From Octopus sinensis (taxonomy: Eukaryota), in contig NC_043006.1 in NCBI RefSeq assembly GCF_006345805.1, positions 44,020,001 to 44,084,000 of the forward strand: a DNA stretch of 64,000 nucleotides, in the 5' to 3' direction. The notes below the pieces were generated by a model. It saw only the letters and a list, made by a program, of their open reading frames with translations, made no database searches and was not told the DNA's origin. Positions 1 through 13,646 of this stretch are shown in pieces (position 1 is the stretch's first letter; each line of letters opens with the position of its first letter). The translations under genes were made by a program, and so were the position numbers.

Positions 1-1396
1 TTGTTGTTTGCTGTAGTCTATCCATTCCAAACAAAGTCATTATCAGAATTGAGGCATCTCAGAGGCTAAATTACAAAATAAATAAATAAATTGCATGCTA
101 GGCCTTGATAGTGGGACTATTTCAAAATACTATTCTTTACAATGTTATTATGGATGTTACCTGGTAATCAACATCATCATCATCGTTTAACGTCCGCTTT
201 CCATGCTAGCACGGGTTGGACGGTTCAATTGGGGTCTGGGAAGCCAGAAGGCTGCACCAGGCCCAGTCTGATCTGGCAGTGTTTCTACAGCTGGATGCCC
301 TTCCTAACGCCAACCACTCTGTGAGTGTAGTGGGTGCTTTAAGGTCCAAAAAAATGGGGAAAGAAATGAGACTAGTATGTTTTGTTGCAAATTAAATATC
401 AGTCTGAAGGTGAATGATGGAGAAGGACAAGTAAGCTGAGAGAAAAGCTGGATACAAGAGGAATCAGACGTACTGGGAAGAAGACGTGTGATGCATATGA
501 AGGAAAAGAAGTGGCAAGTGATCGGACTGGAAGGACCCTGAGTCAGGAAAAAGACTAGGGAAGATATGGGAAAATGTGATGAAGGCTAATCTCAAATAGT
601 AAACTTCATGAAGAAGATGACAGAGGACCACAAGTGGCAAGATGTTATGTAGGAGAAGGCTCGTTCAATCCATGCAAGCATGGATAACAGACATAAGATA
701 GTAGTAATGATGATGATGATGATGATGATGATCACTCACACACACACACACACACACATATAATCTATGCCATTAGTGTAAACTAAAACATTCATCCAAT
801 GATTATAGTCCAAGTTTGACAGCTAACAATTATTATGTTCTCTTTTTCGCTTTAACCATCATCTTAGATTAAGCCGAGACAATTTATGCAAGAGGTTTAT
901 GTAATAACAGTAAAAAAAAAAAGGAGAAAGTGGAACAATAGAAGGATTCAAATTTTTCATATGGCACATAAGCTTATTGAGAACCAAAGGATATGCTATT
1001 TGTGGAACTAGTATTCACCAAAATGTAAATGTAGCCAACCACCAAGGTTCTGCTTCAGATAGCTTTTAAACTTTATCCTTTGCTCCATCTTAACAAACCT
1101 GCTGACACTTAGAATAATAATAGTCAAATTAGTGGTAAGCTAAAGTTCACAGCAGCCTCTATAAGACCATGTTGTAAAGATAGTTGTGTGACATAATCCA
1201 TGAGTCATTGACTACAGTGTTGTTAATGATGAGATGAGCCACAATAGAATAATCAGTGACACCAAGCATTTCTACAACTTTACAGCAAAAAGATTGAAAT
1301 GTCTAAAACAGCCAGTGAACAAAATCATTGTTTTTAAAACATCATACTTCACAGCAAAAGTATCAGTTTCATTCTTATGACTGATGTCTTCCTTAA

Positions 1397-1609
1397 AACC
1401 TTTAGAATTTAAACCAGCCAAATCGGGCCCAAATATTCTGTTTTGTATTCTGACTAGATTTGGCCTCTCACACCTACCCTAAAATGCCACTCTAAGAGCA
1501 AACAACCACATCATTAAAATCTTGAAGCTATGACATAATGCTTGATTAATACCAAGTAATGTGAATAAATAAGCATTGCAAGTGACAGAGTAATCTGGAT
1601 GCTAAAGAG
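1397..1609. mobile_element. piggyBac-like MITE copy
   Basis: ttaa-aacctttagaattt ... ggatgctaaagag-ttaa; internal similarity to the 34534 copy. Confidence 0.6.
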
Positions 1610-2101
1610 TTAAAGAGATTAAACTGAAGAATCTACAGAAATTAGGAAGGAGCTTATGACAAATGTGCATTTTAAAGACCACAATGGCTCATAAATTACT
1701 CATTATTTATATTTACAAATTGATATTTGTCATTTCTCACTTTACAGATCAACTTATATTGATTGCTTCAACAGTTTGGACTTGCAGGTCAACTACTTTC
1801 TACAATAACCAGCTCGATATAGAACAGTCACATGAAGAACGCTAACCGAATATTAAGGCTCTTCTTATGAGCTCGAAAGGACATTCTCATGCACAATTTC
1901 AAAGAAAACTATAAATGTGATAATAAATAACAACAGAAATGCCTGAATACCTTATCTTCTTGGAAACTCAAGAAGTTAAAAAAATATTGTTTACAAAGAG
2001 CAAAGAAATAACTTAGACAAAATATTACTTCTAAATTAAGATAAATGCATCTTATCTGAGAAGTAGAAATTATCAAACAGACCGTCCTACAGCAATATTA
2101 C

Positions 2102-2182
2102 ATTCATTATGAGTTTCTGCAGTATCATCAATAAAACTTGTTCTAGAAACACTGTAACTGCTCTTGTCTGGAACAGCTGCTT
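2102..2182 (-). CDS. Candidate 81-nt phase 1-1 exon (AAVPDKSSYSVSRTSFIDDTAETHNE)
   Basis: tgtacag acceptor, weak gtaata donor, protein-like composition. KSSYSVSRTSFID loosely recalls the KSSSSFTPFID motif upstream of the MAP4K4 CNH domain, but the similarity is weak. Confidence 0.3.
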
Positions 2183-4565
2183 CTGTACAATTGAATAGAT
2201 TTGTTTAATAACACTATTATATCCTTTCAGTAAATAATTACATCTTTTATTTTCTACATGTGAGAAAAATATAAATAGACAAAGAGAAATGCTGATGTGA
2301 GAGAATGAGGCTGAGCTTAGAAAGCATCCATTTTATTAATTGGTATTTGTCCTAATATTTACTGCTTTGTTGTAAAATAGCAGTGACACTTTACAGACTA
2401 GTTAAAGGTATGAATAGTCAGGTAACGAGATACAGAAGCGGATATTTTGAACAATGAGCCACCAATTCACACCACAAATTTTTAAAATCTAACAACCAGG
2501 TATTATAAACAATTGTGATCCCTACTGAAATACTGGCTTCAAATTTTGGCACAAGGCTATCAATTTCGAGGAAGGGGATAAACTGATTACATTAACCCCT
2601 TCTGGTGCTTATTTTGTCGACCCCAAAAGGGATAGAAAGCAAAGACAACCTTGACAGAGTGTAAAAGCAAATGAAATGTCACTAAGCATTTTGCCTGGCA
2701 TGCTAATGATTCTGCCAGCCTGCCATCTTGATCCCTAATGAAATACTGTCTTATATTTGTTCATTGAAATCAAAGATACCTTATTCTAGTCACTATGACC
2801 CCTACCCTTGCCCTTCACCCCAAACCACCACAAAAAAAAAACAGGCTAACTTAAAGATTTCCATCAGTCAAACCCCACTTTTCTTTTTTCAATGAAAGCA
2901 ATTTCAGTCAATTTTTCAATATATTTTCCTTTTTATTATAATCGTCAACCACTGAACATTTAGGGCCAGTTACCCAATTTCAATGGCACATAAGGAATCG
3001 AGATCACAACATTTCCCTACTGAACAAGATGCCATCCTTTGCAGGATTATTAATTTATGGCTGAGTGAACTGGAACCAATGTGAAACGAAATGTTCTACT
3101 CAAGAACCACCCAGTCTTGGAATTGAAACCGTAATTTTGCAATCACGAGTGGAGCACCCTAGCCACAAGGGCACAGACCTTCACTTTTTATTGTGTTTGA
3201 ATGAAAATGTAGATATAACTTTGTGACTTTAAAGAAGATGTATATGATAGCTGGATGTGTTCTCTAATACTAAATAAACATGTTACACACAACAGAAGAA
3301 CAATATATATTTTCAGCTTCAGTTTACTTAACCAAGTAACAACGAACTTTATTGTAAGATTACAAGTTAATACATTAAAGTAGATTTGAACCATTGAACT
3401 TTAAACTAGACATCTAAGACTTTCCGGCTATCACACATCTATAATTAGCTTACAATTCTTCCACTGATTAATATTAGTCTACAAGTCTATTCACCTCTTT
3501 AAAAGAAGAAAAAAAAACTGATAATGATATCTCACAATGGGGATTCAACAGGAACTACCTACTGCTCTCTTTGTCATCATTAATTTAGCCTTCAACTTTC
3601 CCCAAGATTCTCATTTGTCATGACATCTGTACAAATATTATATTCTCAATAGAATGAAAGCCATGGAAATCACATTTGGTAGTAAAGGTCATAACAATTC
3701 CAAGCAGCTACCAAATTTAGCTGGCATCCCTTACTCCTCTAATAGATTAACAAAATTTAGAAGCATATTGAATATCTTAACGTACTTAAAATAAAGAGAT
3801 GAGCATGTATGCGTTTGTGTGTGCATGTATGTATACACCTGTGCATATCTGTACCCATACACACATAGCATCAATAAGTCTTCTGACAGAGAGAGATTTA
3901 ACTGAAAGCTTCTATCTTTCCTTTCCATTCACCAGCTTCTAAAATGAAAATCGTGTTATTGAACGTTTTGTCCATAAAATCCTTTGAAGTTTATAGTTAA
4001 TCCGCTTTCACATAATGTCACATGACTTGAAGAAGAGATATAGTGTGGAGAAGGAGGTGGAGAGGCTGACATAAAAGAAATGAAGCTTACTGAGGTGGGT
4101 GGGTGAGTGGGGTGGATGGATATAGGTGCAGGGATACAGCTAAAAGAAGGGCAGGTTTTGTTTGTTTCTTAAAATTAGATGAGCATTAAATAATGTTATT
4201 GCTATTGATTCATGAAAATAATTATTTATAATTATAGGTGCATGGGTGTGTATGAGCCTTTCGCTCCCGCTCTCAGTCATACTCACACACACTCTCTGAA
4301 ATTGGGTTATAAATCATTAAAAATGTAAAAAGTGAGAGGGGAAAATCAATACAAAAATAATAAAAACTACATAATCAAAATCGATCTGTATTCAGGAAGA
4401 AAATTTACATATTTTTCAATAGCTAAATTAATGATCACTTTGGGCTCTTGTGTGAAATATATTTAAAGGCCAAAGGGTTAATTTGCTTCGTAATTTTGAT
4501 GAAAGTTCAATTGTTGAGTCAAACAACAAGAAATTGATGGCTGCCCGCCAACTGGAACTACTTAC

Positions 4566-4669
4566 TGACAACACATTTCCATGTTTCCATAACCAACCCA
4601 GTCTTTTTTTATTAAGACTCAAAATTACATAACATGTCGAGTTTTGCAATGTCACAGTCATGAAGACGT
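4566..4669 (-). CDS. Candidate 104-nt exon (phase 1 to 0: VFMTVTLQNSTCYVILSLNKKRLGWLWKHGNVLS)
   Basis: ttttttgtag acceptor, gtaagt donor, open only in phase 1. No recognisable homology. Confidence 0.2.
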
Positions 4670-4812
4670 CTACAAAAAGTTAATTGCGAGCTTGTGTCAT
4701 CCTGTCGTTTAATGTGCTGAAGCCAAGTCAAAGATCTAGACTATCCCCTACCATAACCTTTTAGCATCCAGATTACTCTGTCAAATATTATGCTTATTTA
4801 TTCACATCGTTT

Positions 4813-4917
4813 TGAATTAATCATGTGTTATCTCATAGCTTCAAGAATTAATTATGCATTATTATCTCCAAGCTTCAAGAATTAATCATATACTATTATC
4901 TCCCAGCTTCAAGAATT
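4813..4917 (+). repeat. Three tandem ~33-bp units inside a piggyBac-like MITE
   Basis: gaattaat...ttatctc..agcttcaa repeated three times. Confidence 0.8.
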
Positions 4918-7080
4918 AGATGGCTTGATTGTTTATTTTTAGAATGACATTGTAGACTAAGTGTGAGAGGCTGGATCTGGCTAGTTTGAACACGAAACAG
5001 GTAGAATATTTAGGCTAAATATGGATGGTTTAAATATTAAAGGCTTAATGCAGTCACATGACAAATGAGTTGTGACTGTAGTTGCTTTGAGATTTTGATG
5101 TGATTGCTTACTTTTAGAATGACATTGTAGAATAAGCATGAGGGGCTGGATCTGGTTAGTTTGAACACAAAACAGGTAGAATAAATGTTAAAGGGTTAAT
5201 GCAGCCTCAATTCAAATAAGTTATGATTGTGGTTGTGAGGCTGTGACAGCAGCTACTTAAATCAATAACCTATAGTGTCTTCAACAATAGATTAGAGAAC
5301 TTCTGTCCCAACAACTTACTCAATATCAGATCAGGTAAAGTGAAAAATTACTCAATGGTGCGAGTATCAAACAGGAATGTTGGTAAGTGGCCTTGCAGGC
5401 TATAGTATCCAACACAAATCCTCACATTTGAGATTAAATCAATGAAATAAATGTGTATTCCTTTGGCCATAAAACTCCAATCATGGGAAACCCTTTAAAT
5501 TTATAAGCCCTTTGTCAACTTTAGGAAATGGGAAAAATACAACCCAACCTGTCCCTTATGATCTCTGTATATTTAACATTCATTATGCTTCCCTTAAACA
5601 ATCTGCAGAAACATCAGCCAAATCTCTCTAATATTCTAATGTATTGCTTTAAAAAAAACGAAAAAAAGAACTCATTAGATAATGCAACGTAATATACACA
5701 GTTCCATTTAAAAAAATTTGACAAGTAGGTCATGGTTGGAACACTTTTGAACATAACTTTTCTCACTTGGATTAATCTTGGAATCTTCTATTGGTTCAAT
5801 CATTGGACTGTGGCCATGCTGGAGCATCACTTTGGAGGGTTTCAGTCAAACACATGAACTCATGCACTTACTTTTTTTAAAGTCTTGTATTGTTATATAT
5901 TGGTGGTCTCTTTTGCTGAGGGACATAAACAAACTAACAACTGATTGTCAAATGATCGGAGGATGAAAAACATATATACACACACACATACACACACACA
6001 CATGCATACACACAAACGATGGGGTGCCAGCCTGCAGCTATAGCAGAAAAACATTTGCCCAGGGAGACATGCACTGGGACTGAACCTGAAACCACACGGT
6101 TGCAAAGCAAACTTCTTAACCACACACCCATACCTGCACCTGAAAAGTAATTGGGTCTCACCAAGAATTAACAACCATTAATAAAATGCAATTTAAACTC
6201 CCTTCTTGTTCCAGTTTCTCAATTACAGAAAAACACATCCAAAGGCTATGGGCTTGGCCTTACCACTTTAAAACAACTAAAAAACAAAACTTAAATTTTA
6301 AAACTGGGATCAAATTCATGTGTAATCCTAATCCCCATCATCATTTGACATTTGAGTTCCATGCTGGTATGGGTTGGACAATTTGACAGGATCTAATGTA
6401 TCCAAGAACTGCATTCTGTTTTAGCAAGGTCTCTACAGCTGTATTCCCTTCCTAGTGACAACCACTTCAGAGTGTGTACTGGGTGCTTTTTTCTGTGCCA
6501 CCTGCACTATTGAGATTGCCATGCAGCTTGCAGAAGTACAAACCCTCAAGGGAGGTGGGCAGACTTCATGCTAGGGGATGAGGGGACTGAACTATGTAGG
6601 TTCTTGTAAAGGGTCTGCATGGATACTCACATGTAGTTGGGGGAATGGGGAAAGAGAAAATGAAAGGCAGGAGCTGCAAGAAATAGATAATTGTTTCTAT
6701 ATTGCCCACAGGAGGGCAAAACATAGAGGGAACAAGCAAAGACAGACAAAGGAATTAAGTCGATTACATTGACCCTAGTGCATCACTGGTACATATTTCA
6801 TCAACCCCAAAAGGATGAAAGGTAAAATCGACCTCGGTGGAATTTGAAATCAGAACGTGAAGACAGATGAAATACTGTTAAGCATTTCGCCCAGCATGCC
6901 GCCTTGCAAGAAATAGATAATGGTGATGAGGTGTCTAGGTTGCACCCCCTCCCTCCACAAAGCATTAGGTGAGTTGAAGAATTGGTTTGCCAGAGTGTCT
7001 GGGAAACAGAATGAAGGCATGGGGAGACAGATTGCCAAAATGGGTATGGTTAAAAGTGAATGAGCAAGGAGCCACAAGTT

Positions 7081-7125
<45 letters not shown>

Positions 7126-7134
7126 TAGAAACAA

Positions 7135-7372
7135 GGCAGCGAGCTGGTAGAAATGTTAGCACACCGGGCGAAATGCTTGGCAGTATTTCGTCTGTCTTTA
7201 CATTCTGAGTTCAAATTCTGCCGAGGTCAACTTTGCCTTTCATCCTTTCGGGGTAGATAAATTAAGTACCAGTTACACACTGGGGTCGATGTAATTGACT
7301 TAATCCCTTTGTCTGTCCTTGTTTGTCCACTCTATGTTTAGCCCCTTGTGGGCAATAAAGAAATAAGAAACA
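7135..7372 (+). mobile_element. tRNA-headed SINE family A, near full length
   Basis: ggcagcgagctggtagaaatgttagc..gagttcaaatt (B box)..ctttcatcctttcggggt(a)gataaattaagtaccag; the central part resembles the Meta domain (recalled). Other copies: + 29991-30188, 30969-31166, 31190-31380; - about 2575-2725, 6762-6905, 29772-29915, 30752-30895, 33170-33545 (fragments), 44370-44545. Confidence 0.8.
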
Positions 7373-8287
7373 AGTGGAGTCGTAAACATGATACAGTTGT
7401 CAGAGTGGGGAGAACAAGAGAGGTGGGAGTGGCATAGTTCAGCAGTGTAGAGGAACAGAGGGTGGAGGGATGGGGATAAAAACAAAACTTTAGTATTTCA
7501 TCTACTAGCAGAATTAATCATAACATTCGCACAATGAATGTTATGAAGCTATTTTTTAGTTTGATTGACATTAATTAAATTCAGAAAATTTTATCATTTT
7601 CTACAAAGAGATTGTCTTTCTTTTTCTTTTTTTTTTCTTTTTTTTTAGATTTAAAATAAACATGAGATTAAATAAATGATAAAAGAAAAAAAATATATAA
7701 AAAGATGACAAGTAAGGTTTTCAAACATAACTTGAGAAGCATTTCTTCAGTTCAGCTCATCAGCATCGCTTCTGGACCTCATGGTTATTGTCAACATCGT
7801 TTCTTTCAGATTTACTGTCACAGTACATTATTATGCATGTAAACACAAAAGCATACAAAAACAACAACCATATCACCCATTAAAAAGAAGAAAAAAATTT
7901 AAATAAGTTAGAGCAACACTACAAGATCTGTTGAATATTGAACACTAATACCCAAACAATGTTTCCAGCAGTAGCTTAAGATTTGCCATTAAGGAAAACA
8001 GGGATTTGCAAAATGTTATCAGTCGCAGAGACAGCATTATAAAAATGCGCAGGAAAGAGATAAGAGGCAAAGAATGGGGGGAGGGGGAGGTAGATGGAGC
8101 GGCTGGAGGGGGGGGGGGGCAATTTTTAATGTATTAATTTGCTAAAGTCTTAAAAAGGAGAATGCAAAACTAAAATCCTGCAGATATTCTGCAACACATG
8201 GACTCACTTTTACTACTTCATTACATACATATGTATATATGTATGTAATATATATTATATATATATATACTAGTCATATATATATAT

Positions 8288-8318
<31 letters not shown>

Positions 8319-8492
8319 GCACACACACACACACACACACAACTAAATATACATATATATAAACAAATATTACTATAAATATATAATTACACACATATAT
8401 GCATGCATATATTTATAGACACACATATTTATAGGCATGTGTGTATATATCTGTTTGTATGTATATATATACAATATGTATATATACATGCA

Positions 8493-8523
<31 letters not shown>

Positions 8524-8852
8524 GAGGGTGCATGGGCTAATGACCAGGGTGGTGCACTCATGATTGTTAGGTCATGATTTCAATTCCTAGACCAGGGGGT
8601 GCACTGTGCTCTTGAGCAAAACACTTCATCTCACACTGCTCTGTAATCACTTAGACACCTAACGCATGGCACACGTTGCACCCGTTCAGACAATGTTGAT
8701 TCGATGGAAAGAGCGAGCTAATGTGCAGTGTGAACATTTGATCATTATAAACAAATCAGATGTGCAGGTCGTTCAGCAAAAGCTGAATTGCTCATCCATC
8801 ATCTTCGACAGGAGAGTCCATCATACACACACACACACATATATATATATAT

Positions 8853-9124
8853 GTAGGTCCCGGGTTGAGTCAGGGTTAACCACAGTAAATAAGGTACTCA
8901 ATACATAGCAGAGTAAATTAATTTATTTTATTTTATAGAAGGAGCTTCTACAGGACTAGTACTGTTTCATTCAAATGAAATCATCAGGAGCTTCCTGATG
9001 ATTTCATTTGAATGAAAGGGATTAAGTCAATTACATCGACCCCAGTGTGTAACTGGTACTTAATTTATCTACCCCGAAAGGATGAACAGTACTAGTCCTG
9101 TAGAAGCTCCTTCTATAAAATAAA

Positions 9125-9130
<6 letters not shown>
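8853..9130. mobile_element. Penelope-like repeat with terminal fold-back, embedded in (TA)n
   Basis: 8921-8966 is the exact reverse complement of 9085-9130, and 8965-8988 is the exact reverse complement of 8994-9017. Contains a CTGATGA..GAAAC hammerhead core. The family assignment is inferred from the hammerhead, the inversion and the TA target. Confidence 0.6.
8941..8995 (-). ncRNA. Type I hammerhead ribozyme motif
   Basis: GGAAGCUC CUGAUGA UUUCAUUUGAAU GAA ACAG-UACUAGUC-CUGU A GAAGCUCC. Canonical core, 4-bp stem III, GUA site; stem II weak (UUC/GAA) and stem I bulged. Confidence 0.5.
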
Positions 9131-9205
<75 letters not shown>

Positions 9206-9334
9206 ATAAAATATGGGGATTTAGCTCACAGGTTATCTAAACAACTAGGTAACAGGTTACCAGGGCTCCAAGGTAATAGCTGAGACAGGAGTTATGGAAC
9301 TTTTGTAGATTTCCAACATAGCAGATATATAGTC

Positions 9335-9512
9335 GTTAAAGAAGGCAATAAACATTAAGGCAAGACAAACATCTCAAGCCATATACGTTATTATTATTGG
9401 GAAAATTCAAAGCTTTAAGCTGCTTCTGGGATATCCCAGAATTTTTCTAATAATAATAACGTATATGACTTGAGATGTTTGTCTTGTGTTAATGTTTGTT
9501 GTCCTCTTTAAC
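9335..9512. mobile_element. Fold-back MITE-like palindrome
   Basis: ~74-bp arms (gttaaaga...gggaaaattc / gaatttttct...ctttaac) with few mismatches, ~30-nt spacer, TA-rich flanks. Confidence 0.7.
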
Positions 9513-10584
9513 AATTATATATATATATATATATATATATACCTGTAGATATACATGTCTACATAGAAAGACCCATGGAACAGACAACTACTTCATAGGG
9601 CCTCTTGCTGTTCAGGATAAATTGTGTGTGTGTGTGTGCATGCATGAGTATGTATGTATGCACACACAGGTGTGTAAGTGTATGTGTCTCCTTATTTTGA
9701 CATCAATGCTAATTGTAGATGAACATCACCTGTATACGCCACATCTATATGTAGTTATGCACATCTACATATGATATACATATGTAGGCATATATATATA
9801 TGTATATACATAAGTATGCATACATTTATATGCATTTATGCACACTTATGTATATACATATCTGTCCATGTATGTATATGTGTGCATGTGTATAAATGCT
9901 AAGATACACTTGTATGTTTTTCCTAAGTGCATATCATCATCATCATGGAAAGCAGATGTCAAACGATGATGGTGGTGGTGGTGATGATGATGATATGCAC
10001 ACACAAAAACATGCAGGTATATACCAAGCATATACACTTGCACATATATACTTGAAAAAAATAAAAGCTAAAATTATTGAAGAAAAATAATAAAAGGATA
10101 AATAAAAATGGAAAAAGCAAATAGAAAACAAAACAGCATCAATATCAAACATCTGTATATAGCCTAAGTTTGTATATTCTTCTATACTAATCTTCTCGTT
10201 TATGTTCAAGTTCAGGTGTGTATTCTCTTGTGCGAATCTCCCTGTGTGTGTATAATCAAACAGTGATCATCTATATGACAAGAGTTTCAATGCACATGTT
10301 TTTGTTTGTTTTTCCTATATAGCAAATAGTTCAGGTGTGTATATTTTTTTTCTGTAAGTCTCATTATTTTCCCCTGTGTGAATGTGAAATAGAGAGGTGC
10401 ACAGGTGTGCATATGTTCTTGATGCACCCAGGCAATGTCTATCAAGTTTGGAAATTTGACAAAGACGGCTTGCAAAAACTGTATATGAACCAACATAATA
10501 AAATGAAGCATGGTGCTGCAAATTAGCCATTGTCTGTAATACGTGTGTACTTAGGTAATAATTAAAGTGAGAGGATTTGGGCGG

Positions 10585-10914
10585 TACTGTATATGCTCCC
10601 AGACAGGTCGCACATGTTTTACCAAAACTTTCCATAAAAATCAGGGGGTGTGACCCATCCACTCAACATCACAGAGATCTGAAGTAGATGGTGGTGTATC
10701 AGTAGTTGAGTTGATTATAAAGTCACTTCTACAAAAATGTTTTAATATTTGTAAGCAAAGTTTTGAAATAAAGGTGAATATTTGATAATATATAGCAAAT
10801 ATTAGTTATATTTACATCATAAAGGGGTTATTGTAACTCCCCCAGATTATAGTGCGACCTATCTGTAAATACCACAAATCCATTGGTGCGACCCATTCAC
10901 GAGTATATATGGTA
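10585..10914. mobile_element. Tc1/mariner-superfamily (pogo/Tigger-like) MITE
   Basis: Imperfect 29-bp TIRs including the flanking TA: tactgtatatgctcccagacaggtcgcac versus the reverse complement of the right end, taccatatatactcgtgaatgggtcgcac. Confidence 0.65.
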
Positions 10915-11689
10915 TATTCAAAAGTCTAAGTGGATATCATTCATATGACATGTCATCATTTTAACAAAATGTAGATTATACAACCAGCAAAACGAAAGTC
11001 TTTAGAATGTACCACATCTGCTTAGGATCAATTCAGTTGTATATTAGTATATGATATTTTTCTGCTTGGACATAGAAGACAGTTGAAACCATTGCTATTT
11101 GGGGTCACTGTTTAGCTGACTGACCATTGTAATTTTGTAGCTGTAGACACCTCTGTCTTTCAGATGCTAGACATATTTAGAGAGTGAGGTTGCAGTTCTT
11201 TAGTTTTCGTAAGTGTGCTGAATATACCCAATCTCAAATCGTGTATTTGTATAGGTTAACTTTTTCTTTACAAAAACACAAAATAAATGCAAAATTGTCT
11301 CAACAATTGTATTTTAGATGTTGGAGAATTTAAGGGGCTTATTATATTTCAGGAGACATTGTTTGTATATTAGATTCAGAAAAAATATCAGAAGATATCT
11401 GTGTTTATATTTAAACTAATTGGAAACTACACAGTATAAACCCCCACCCCTTTTCTTTTTCTTTTTTTTTCCTGCAGGTTTGCACTAATGCTCTGTTTAG
11501 AGTATGTCATGTGTTTTTTTTCTGTGAATCTACTTTTATGTAGGGTACCATTATAATATAATATTCTACGGCGTGGTTAACAATACTTTTTTGATAATTG
11601 GTAAGCTCTTTAGAATAATGTGTATATCTGATTATATGAGCAAGCCGATACATGCACATGTGTGCATTTATGTGCATGCATGTGTGTAA

Positions 11690-11740
<51 letters not shown>

Positions 11741-12357
11741 CACACATGCACAATAGTGTAAGTATATGTATAAGAGTGTGTATTTGAATTTGAGCTCATG
11801 TGATTCTATGCCTCTCTGTGTGTGTGTGTGAGTGTGCATGTGCACATATAAACATACACACATGTAAGACTGCATTATTGCAATTGCGTGTGCTTATGTA
11901 GGAATATGTGTATTAACAGATGAGCATGTTTATGTATCATTTTCCTCCACCTTATTTATCTATGAAGTAAAAATTTTCAAATTTTTTGCTTGTGTGACCA
12001 GCACAGTTATTCAAATTAGTTCTAGAAAGTTAGATTTTTTTTGCTGTGTGTGTGTGTGTGTGTATGTATGTATTTAAGTGTGTGTGCATGTATGTATGTA
12101 TGTATGTATGTATGTATGTATGTATACTTATTTATTAAGTTGATGTTTTCAGTTCAGTCAATTTGATAATTACATTATCATGGAATCACTGGCCCTTCAG
12201 TCCATATAGCCCTTGGCTAATATATAAATATATCGTATAATGCCACAGTTTCAGGTTCATTTTAGCTCTGTGGCACTATAGGCAAGAGTCTTCTACTATA
12301 CCCTCAGGCTGTCAATTTCTTGTGAGTAAAATTGATAAACAGGAACTCTAAGGAAGC

Positions 12358-12392
<35 letters not shown>

Positions 12393-13520
12393 CTCATCTG
12401 CACCTTGACATTGTTTATGTTTCGTAAAGTGCAAAACAGTTTCATTCATTTAAATGAGGTCAGTGCTTACGCCTGCCATAAAAACATGTTTGGTCAATGT
12501 GCAGTTCATTGCAGAAAAGAACCGAAGAATGGGGGGAGGAGGGGGATGACTACCTTAGTAGAAAACAAGTAAGGGTTAGCAGCAGGAAAGGTATCGAGCT
12601 GTAGGAAACTACTTCAACAAGTCTTATTTAATCCCTGCCAGTGTGGGGAAAAGTTAGATGTAAAAACAATAATGATCAGTGTGTGTATATGTGTGTGTGT
12701 GCGGGTGCACATGGATACGCACATTAAACCAGTGAAGAGGAATGAGTCAACATATACACAGGTGCATGTAAGATGTGTATACACACACACACACACAAAC
12801 AAACACACACACACATATACACACATACATACATACAGAGGAGAAGCCTCTGAAGTTGAACACGTATTGATTCCTTTTCTCTAACATCAACAACAACAAT
12901 ATCCCCGCTGTTGTGCATGTAACATGTTGAGCTTATTAGAGCCTTCCTTGTAACCATGTATTCTTTTCTATAGTAATGGCAAGCTTTGCTTATCAAGTGA
13001 AGAAGCCATCAGCTCAGAACTATCATCACATCACTAGATCTTTGAGAAAATAATAACTACAAAAGATAAATACAAGAGCTGTGTAGTAACAACATTGTAA
13101 ACCTAAGCCGCTTATTCAAATGATGCACTGTCAAAGCTATTTGAGGTAAATAGTCTTGCTAACTGGCAAACTGTCACTATTTCTCTCCGCCACCACAAAG
13201 ACAGAGGGAAAAAGAATGACTTCTGGAGATAGATCATTGATTCGAAGCCAATCAGCTCTTTACCCTGCAACCCTCCTACACATCTATTCAGTTTCTAATG
13301 AATCAAACAGGTTTTTACTTAACCAATACGATTTCTAACAAATAAGAAGCTTCTTGCAATTGCTTTTCCTCCACCAAAACAATCTTCTTTTTCAGTTTTG
13401 CTTCCTTTTATATTACTCCATCTGTATTTTATTTTCTATTATTTCCATCCATTTATCTCTTAGCTAACAAGAAGGTCACAGTGCAAGCAATTATCTCTAC
13501 TAAAATCAAAGAAATCATCT

Positions 13521-13588
<68 letters not shown>

Positions 13589-13646
13589 CTAGGAGAGAGA
13601 GGGGGAGGAATTACTAAATAACTCAATCGTCCACCTACAAGCTTAC

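Noticed and set aside
1019-1098. Minus exon-like FVKMEQRIKFKSYLK resembling the CNH motif VKYERIKF
   Set aside because: Extra residue, wrong phase, and no downstream LVIAL/YAWAPKPY; judged coincidental.
7740-7810. Minus exon-like KSERNDVDNNHEVQKRC* / NLKETMLTITMRSRSDADELN*
   Set aside because: Poor pyrimidine tract, no good donor, no homology.
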